Origin: Chiloscyllium plagiosum
Taxonomy: Eukaryota
Direction of reading: 5' to 3'
Assembly (NCBI RefSeq): GCF_004010195.1
Contig: NC_057751.1
Span: forward strand, 2,453,286 to 2,517,285
Length of the DNA stretch: 64,000 bases
Of this stretch, positions 57,251 through 64,000 are shown piece by piece. How positions within the stretch are numbered: position 1 is the stretch's first letter; the number at the start of each line of letters is the position of its first letter. The position numbers and the translations under genes are program-made. Under the pieces are notes generated by a model that was not told the origin of the DNA, made no database searches, and saw only the letters and a list, made by a program, of their open reading frames with translations.

Positions 57251-58353
57251 CCACTGTTATTGAAAACACATGGTTGGCATGGTTTGTTGGACTGAAGAGT
57301 GTTCCTTGTGCAATATGACTCTGTGACTTAGTTAATGAAACTGATGTCCTGGAGGTCTGTTTGCAATTCTGAGTGCCAGTATCACTTCTCAACTTCTTTC
57401 CAGCTCATGTTTACTGGTCATTAACAACAGTCAAACAGACTCCAGGATTGGGTGTTGCTTCCCCGGTGCCAGAGTCAAGGATGCCTCTGACCACGCTCAG
57501 GATATCCTGAGGGGGGATAGTGAGCAGCCAAAGATTGTTGTTTATCCTGGCACAAATGACATTGGCAGAAAATGAGAAGAGATCGTGTAAAGGGAGTTCA
57601 AGGAGTTAGGTAGGACGTTGAAAGCGGGAATTCTGACGTTACAATTGCTAGATTAATTCTTGTACCACAAACCAGTGAGGCTAGAAATAGGAAGACAGAA
57701 CAGTGAAGTACATGACGAAAGAGTTGGTGTAGATGGCTTCACATATGTGGATCATTGGAATATCTTGCACAGCATTTGGGATCTGTACCAGAAGGGCATG
57801 TTGCATCTAAACTGGAGGGACACGAATATCCTGGCAGTGAAGTTTTCTTGTGCCTCTCAAGAGGGTTTAAATTAGTGCGAAAGTGGGACAGGAGGCAGAG
57901 CAGTAGGTCAGCAAGTAAAATGACCCAGGTCTGATGGTCTGAAGTGTATTTACTTTAAGGCAAGGAGTATATGAGGTAAGGCGAATGAAATTAGAGCTTG
58001 GATTTGCACGTAGAGCTATGACATTGTTGCTGTCACAGAGAGAGGGATAAGACTGTCAGTTTAATGTTCCAGGATTTAGATATTTCAGGAAAGATAGAGA
58101 GCAACGTAAAAGAGGTGGAAAATTGCATTAATGGTAAGGGAGAATACCACAGCTGTACAGAGGGAGGATACCATGGAAGTTTCATCCTGTGAGGAGTAGG
58201 AAGGGTGCAATCACTTTGGGCTAGTACAATAGACCTCCCAACAGGCAGCAGGTGACAGAAGAACAGACATGTGGACAGACTATGGAAAAATGTAAAAGAA
58301 ACAGGGTTGTTATGTTTGATGACTTTAACTTCCCCTATAATGACTGGGACTCA

Positions 58354-58678
58354 GAATCACTATAGTGTGGAAATAGGCTCTTTAGCCCAACAAATCCACA
58401 CCGACCCTCCGAAGAGTAACCCACCCAGACCAATTCCTCTATCCTATATTTACCCCTGAATAATGCACCCAACTGACACATCCCTGAACATTATGAGCAG
58501 TTTAGCATGTCCAATTTATCCTAACCTGCACATCTTTGGATTGTGGGAGGAAACCAAAGCACCTGGAGGAAACCCACGCAGATACAGGACGAACGTGAAA
58601 ACTCCAGGCAGGAATCGAACCCCTGTCCCTGACGCTGTGAGGCAGCAGTGCTGACCACTGAGCCACCATACCACCCAC
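58354..58678 (-). mobile_element. HE1 SINE with 6-bp TSD GACTCA
   Basis: Reverse complement of HE1 (ccacaccgaccctccgaagagtaaccc...gtgaggcagcagtgctgaccactgagccacc). GACTCA at 58348-58353 and 58679-58684. Confidence 0.92.
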
Positions 58679-60404
58679 GACTCACTTATGGGCTTGAATG
58701 GGAGTCAATTTGTTTGGTGTGTCCAGGACATTTTTTTTGAAACAATAAATAAATCGTCTAACTCGGTAAGGGGCCATAATACTGTACCTGGTGTTGGGGA
58801 ATGAGCTGACCAGGTGATTGAAGGTTCAGTGGAGGAGCATTTCCAGTAACAGGGACCATAATTCTGTAAGTTTTGAGTGAATTATGGACAAGGATAAGAG
58901 TAGTCCTCCGGTGAAAGGACTAAACTGTGGGAAGCAGCGACTGGGGGGAGGCTTTTTGAGGGCAAATCTACATCTGGCATGTGTGAATGTTTTAAAGCCA
59001 GTTGATTTCAATTGAGGACGAGCATGTTCCGGTGAAAATGAAAGATAAGGATGGTAGGATTGGGGAAGCTTGGATGACAGGAGAAATTGAAAGCTTAGTC
59101 AAAAAGTCAAAGGAGGCAAACATAAGGTTTGGAAACTGAAGATGACTGAGCCCTCGAAGAATGCAAAAAGGACAGGGAAGAACTTAAACAAGGAATGAGG
59201 AGGGTTATAAGGGACCATGAAATGCCCTCAGAAAAACTGAGGTGAGGTTCTTAATAGTTTGCATCGATATTCACAAAGATGGAAATGGTGGATGCTGAGT
59301 CTAGAGGAAGGTCTGTTGATATTCTTGGGCTTTTCATTGTAGAAATGAAGAAGGTGTTGGGTATTTTAAAAAGCATTAAGGTAGACAACTCCCCAGGACG
59401 TGATGGGATCCATTCCAAAATGTTGAGGGAGGTAAGTGAGGAAATTGCTGCCGTATTTTACGAAATGTTTGTATCCCTTTTAGCCACAAGAGAGGTCCCA
59501 GAAGATTGAAGAATAGTCAGTGTTGCTCCTTAGTTTAAAAAGAGCAACAGGGTTACTCCAGGAAATTATAGGCTGATGAGCTATTTGTCCTTGGTCGGGA
59601 AATTATTGGAGAAGATTCTTAGGTTTAGGATTTGCTCACATTTGGAAAGATACGGATTTAACAGCAATAGGCAATATGGTTTTATGTGGGAAAAGTTATG
59701 TCTTACAGGTTGATTGAGTTTTTGAGGAAGTCACAAAGCTGATTGATGAGGGCAGGGCAGTAGATGTTGTCGCGATGGACTTGAGCATGGTCATTGACAA
59801 GGCCCTCATGGCAGGCTGATAACAAAAGTTAGAGCAACATGAAATTGCCGTGAGCTGGTCAGATGAATACAGAGCTGGCTTGGTCTTAGAAGACAGAGAG
59901 TAGCAGTGGAAAGTTGTTTATTCTGCCTTGAAATCTTTGACCAGTGGTGTTTGCAGGGATCAGTGGTGAGATCCCTGCTGTTTGAATATAGCTCAATGAT
60001 TTTTAGGAGAATTTAGGTGCCGTATTTAGTAAGTTTGCAGATGACACAAAGATTGGGAGAACGGCAGATATTGAGGAAGATTGCCAAAGGATACAGCAGG
60101 AATAAGATAGACTGGAGACTTGGGCAATGAAATGGCAGATGGAGTTTAATTCAGATAAATGTGAAGTTGATGCATTTTGGCAGATTTGGAAGATGCAAGA
60201 GAGAAGTTTGTAGTAAATGGCAGAAACCTCAGCAGCATCAGCATACAGAGGGATCTAGGCATCCAGGTCCATAGTCCCTAAAAGCAGCAACACAAATAGA
60301 TAAGATGGGCAAGAAGGCATGCTTGCCTTCATTGGTCAGGGCATAGAGTATAAAAGTTGGCAAATCATGTTATGGTTATTGAACTTTAGTTAGGCCACAC
60401 TGGG

Positions 60405-61757
60405 AAAATTATTGAGGAAGAATTAGCAGGGCATCTTGAAAGAAATTGTCCCATTGTACAGACACAGCATGGGTTCATGAAGGGCAGGCCATGCTTCACA
60501 TATCTTTTGGAATTCTATGAAGACATTTCAAGCAAGGTAGACAACAGGGACCCAGTAGATATGGTGTACCGAGATTTGCAAAAGGCCTTTGACAAGATAC
60601 CACACATGAGGCTGCTGCATAAGATAAGAATGTGTGGTGTTAGGGTAGAGAATTAGCCGTGGATAGAGGATTGTTTGACTGAAGGAAGCAAAGAGTGGGG
60701 ATAAATGAGTGGTATTCTGGCTGGCAATCAGTGACTAGTTGTGTGCCTCAGGGATCGGTGTTGGGACCACAATTATTTACAATTTAGAGAGATGATTTGG
60801 AGTTGGGGACCACATGTACGGTGTCAAAATTTGCCGATGACACTAAGATGACTGGCAGAGCAAAGAGTGCAGAGGATTGTAAAACTTTACAGAGGAACTT
60901 AGATACACTGAGTGAGTGGGCAAAGGTCTGGCAGATGGAATACAATGTTAGTAAATGTGAAGTCATACATTTTGGTCAGAGTAACAGCAAAATAGATTAT
61001 TACTTGAATGGTAAAAAGTTGCAGCATGCTGATTTGCAGAGGGACCTGAGTGTCCTTATGCATGAATCACAGAGGGTTGGTCTGCAGGTACAACAAGTAA
61101 TTAGGAAGGCAAGTGGAATTTTTTTCTTTCATTGCTGAAGGGGTTGAGTTTAAAAGCAGAAAGGTAATGTTACAGCTGTACAAGGTGCTGGTGAGGCCAC
61201 ATCTGGAGTACCGTGTGCAGATTTGGTCTCCCTATTTAAGAAAGGATGTACTGGCACTTGAGGGGGTGCAGAGGAGGTTCACCCCGAGGTTGATTCCAGA
61301 GTTCAGGGGGTTGGCTTATGAGGAGAGACTGAGTAGATTGGGATTATATTCATTGGAATTAAGAAGAATGAGGGGATATTATAGAAATATAGAAAATTAT
61401 GAAGGGAATCAATAAAATAGAAGTAGACAGGATGTTAGGTAGGTGAAACGAGGACAAGAGGGCATGGCCTCAAGATGAGAGGAAGCAGGTTTAGAACTGT
61501 ACTGAGAAGGAACTTCTTCACCCAGAGGGTTGTGAATCGATGGAATTCCTTGCCAGGGAAGCAGTTGATGCTACTTCAGAAATCACTTTTAAAGCTAAGG
61601 TAGATACTTCTGTGAAAAATAAAGGAATTAAGGGACATGGTGAGAGGGCGGGTAAGTGGAGCTGAGTCCAAGAAAGGATCAGCCGCGATCTTATTGAATG
61701 GCAGAGCAGGCTCAAAGGGCTGGACGGCCAACTCCTGCTCCTAGTTTGCATGTTCTT
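60405..61757 (+). mobile_element. Younger CR1 LINE 3' half nested in the long CR1
   Basis: QHGFMKGRPCFT, DLQKAFDKIPH, VPQGSVLGPQLF, KFADDTKM, VRPHLEYRVQIWSPYLRKD, FFTQRVVN, 3'UTR ..ccaactcctgctcctagtt. Confidence 0.92.
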
Positions 61758-63604
61758 ATACTGTATACAGTTCTGGCTGCTACACTACCAGGAGAATGTG
61801 GAGGCTTTGGGGAGGGTACAGAAATTGTTTACTAATATGTTGCCTGCTTTGGAGGATATTAGCTATGAGGAGAGATTGGATAAATTGGTATGTTTTCACT
61901 GAAACATCAAAGGATAAGGGGTGACCTGATAGGAGTTTACAAAATTATGAGAGTTATGGATAGAATGGAAAGTCCTTTTCTCAGAGTAGATATGTCAGTT
62001 ACAAGAGGGATATAGGTTCAGGGTAATAGTGGAAAAATTTAAAGGAGATGTGAAAGGCAAAATGTTTTGCCCAGAGCGTGGTAAATGCCTGAAATGTGTC
62101 ACCAAAGGAAGTTTTGCAGGTGAATAGAACAGCAACATTTAAAAGACATCTTGACAGATATATGAACAGGCAGAGAATAAAGGGATACAGACCATGTCGA
62201 GACAAAAAGTTTTTACTTCAGAAAGGCAACATGTGTCACCAGATTCTTGGTGGGCAGAAGGGCATGTTCCTGTGCTGTGCTGTTCTTTGTCCTGGAAACA
62301 GATCTGTTAGATGAAAGTATCCAAATAAGCCCAACACAAAAAACATTTGTACTAGATTTCACTTTTTAAAACCATTGCTGCAACAATAAAGTTAGAATTA
62401 ATATAGATTAAGAATAATCCACCTAGCAATACTTGTATTGAGGAAAACCTATAAACTGCACTTAAAGTCGCTGATGCAACAAGGTTAAATCTCATTTGTT
62501 CCTCTGGCAATACGTGACGTGCAAGTGCAGTTTACAAAGTTTTTCCAAGCTGTGCTGTTCAATACTGCTTGTAATGCCTGGTCACATCCTCAAAAACCCT
62601 CAAAGATTTCTTTCCTAAATCTGTCAATATCAGATTCCATCAATCCAGTCAGAATCTGATTTCTGAGAAATAAGATTAAAACTAGGAAAGCCACTTCAGA
62701 AACTCCAAACCCGGAAACATAGACATCAGCCTTGAATCAAAATAAATATGCAGGCCTTGAACTCTTTGCAAGCCTCATGGCTCTCATCTCTTGGACAAAT
62801 TACCCTCCTCTTGTGCCCACTTCATATATACACTGTGCCAGAATCTGAACAATTAGCACAACTCCAATGGGGTCAGGATATATCCAGCACAAATCCATAA
62901 GATGCTTCTTCTCAAGCCCAAAAACTGGTCTTCAAGACACAGAAAATTAGTCAGCCACAGATATGGAGAGTAGAAACCAATGATATTGGACAACTATCTC
63001 AGACAACTGAAAGCCATGCACTTGATTTGGTGCAAAATCTATGTTCTGGGTTTGGAGATCATACCTTTACCCAGCGTGAGTCAAGAAGATGACCAATTTT
63101 GTTGGGGACTGGTCTGACAGCACTCCATCTCTTATCTGCTTTTCACTAGCTTGGATGCAAGCAAGTGAATCATCAACTTCGACTTAGTCCCCAACATGAC
63201 CATGAGCAATCTGCCTTTTTACAAAGGAATCTGAAAGATTTACAGAAACCTTTCACCTACAAGACACGAAGATCACTCAAGGCACAAAGTGGAAACTCCA
63301 TGTATAAGATCAGCATTGCAATAGTGACTACATGTTGAAAAATAAAAGACTTAAAACTAGTTCAAATGGCTTTTGGGTGTCCTGAAGTCATGAAAAGTGC
63401 TAATTGAATGATAACTCTCTCAGTTTCTTTCCTTCTAATTATGAGATTTGGTATTAATCACCAAACTGAAATTACCTCCCATGATTTTTAAGACTTTCTC
63501 CCCTCTCAGAAGATGCACCATGCATATTCTCAATTGCCTTATTCTAGCAATAAAGTTTTATTGTAGCAATTGTTTGTGATAGTGGAGTGCCTTGGTGGGT
63601 AACT

Positions 63605-64000
63605 TGTTATGGACCAAGCCAGAGCCCCTCAAAACATTTCAAGGAAGCAGCCCAGATCCTAACTATGTTCATTGTTTTAAGCATGTGTAATGTGGACATT
63701 TCAGGAGGGATGCAGTTGGTCAAACCACGTAGTTTTAAACAAAACAGAATTTATTTACAAGATTGCCAAATTAAACACAAACAAAAGAGTACAGAACACT
63801 GAATAACGTAACCTTTCTGAAAACCCAACAGATCATTCCAACTTAATGATGCTGCTCCAAATACTTGCAACAATCCCTATAAACACCCCTTGGTACAAAA
63901 GATCAAATCAAACACAGGGTCTTACAGGAGAGTTGTCAGAAAGAGGAGGATCAGCATGGAGCTGTTTCTATTAGTCCAGCAGCTTTGATAACTGCCTGAC
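63605..64000 (-). mobile_element. LTR 3' part, same family as 36438/51871 (runs off the window)
   Basis: tgttatggaccaagccagagcccctcaaaacatttcaaggaagcagcccaga...aatttattta...acacagggtcttacag is the reverse complement of the LTR right half. Confidence 0.78.

Larger units (their letters stand above)
57435..62290 (+). mobile_element. Long CR1 LINE (ORF1 SGNH esterase, APE, RT, 3'UTR) with nested HE1 and CR1 insertions
   Basis: CCFPGARVKD..DILRG..IVVYPGTNDIG and LYQKGMLHLN (esterase), YDIVAVTE, RPPN, DFNFP, SPGRDGIH, EVPED*, KFADDTKIG. The ggccacactgg (60392) ... tactgtatacagttctgg (61759) junction is split by the nested copy. Confidence 0.88.

Noticed and set aside
62600..63350. Possible very old RTE relic
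   Set aside because: The resemblance is faint and I could not read a clear motif, so it is not listed as a feature.

Overview
This is vertebrate, almost certainly cartilaginous-fish (shark) nuclear DNA. That inference rests on HE1/V-SINEs, Deu-domain SINEs and HER1/CR1-type LINEs. The window is a repeat-dense intron or gene desert, and I could not support any host protein-coding exon, rRNA, true tRNA or CRISPR array. Nearly all longer ORFs in the track are retroelement fragments, their antisense shadows, or read-through across two N gaps (3047-3339, 55347-55620). Contents: the 5' half of an L1 (YY1-type 5' end, decayed ORF1, 588-nt spacer, ORF2 start); many decayed and nested CR1 copies; RTE, L2 and Rex1/Babar LINE relics; two kinds of Penelope-like (GIY-YIG) elements; four or five SINE families; two solo-LTR families; Harbinger-like Myb/SANT relics; a degenerate ~31-bp minisatellite; and several repeat-free AT-rich islands that look like enhancers. 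The most striking signal is a very young family of ~130-200 bp insertions, identical between copies (5137, 25731, 42030). Two of them form perfect 72-83 bp hairpins flanked by 15-bp target-site duplications, two carry a minimal hammerhead-ribozyme motif, and their terminus matches the Neptune-type Penelope element at 55303-55974. Boundaries of old repeats are approximate (about +/-20-50 bp), and family names come from recalled consensus features rather than a database search.
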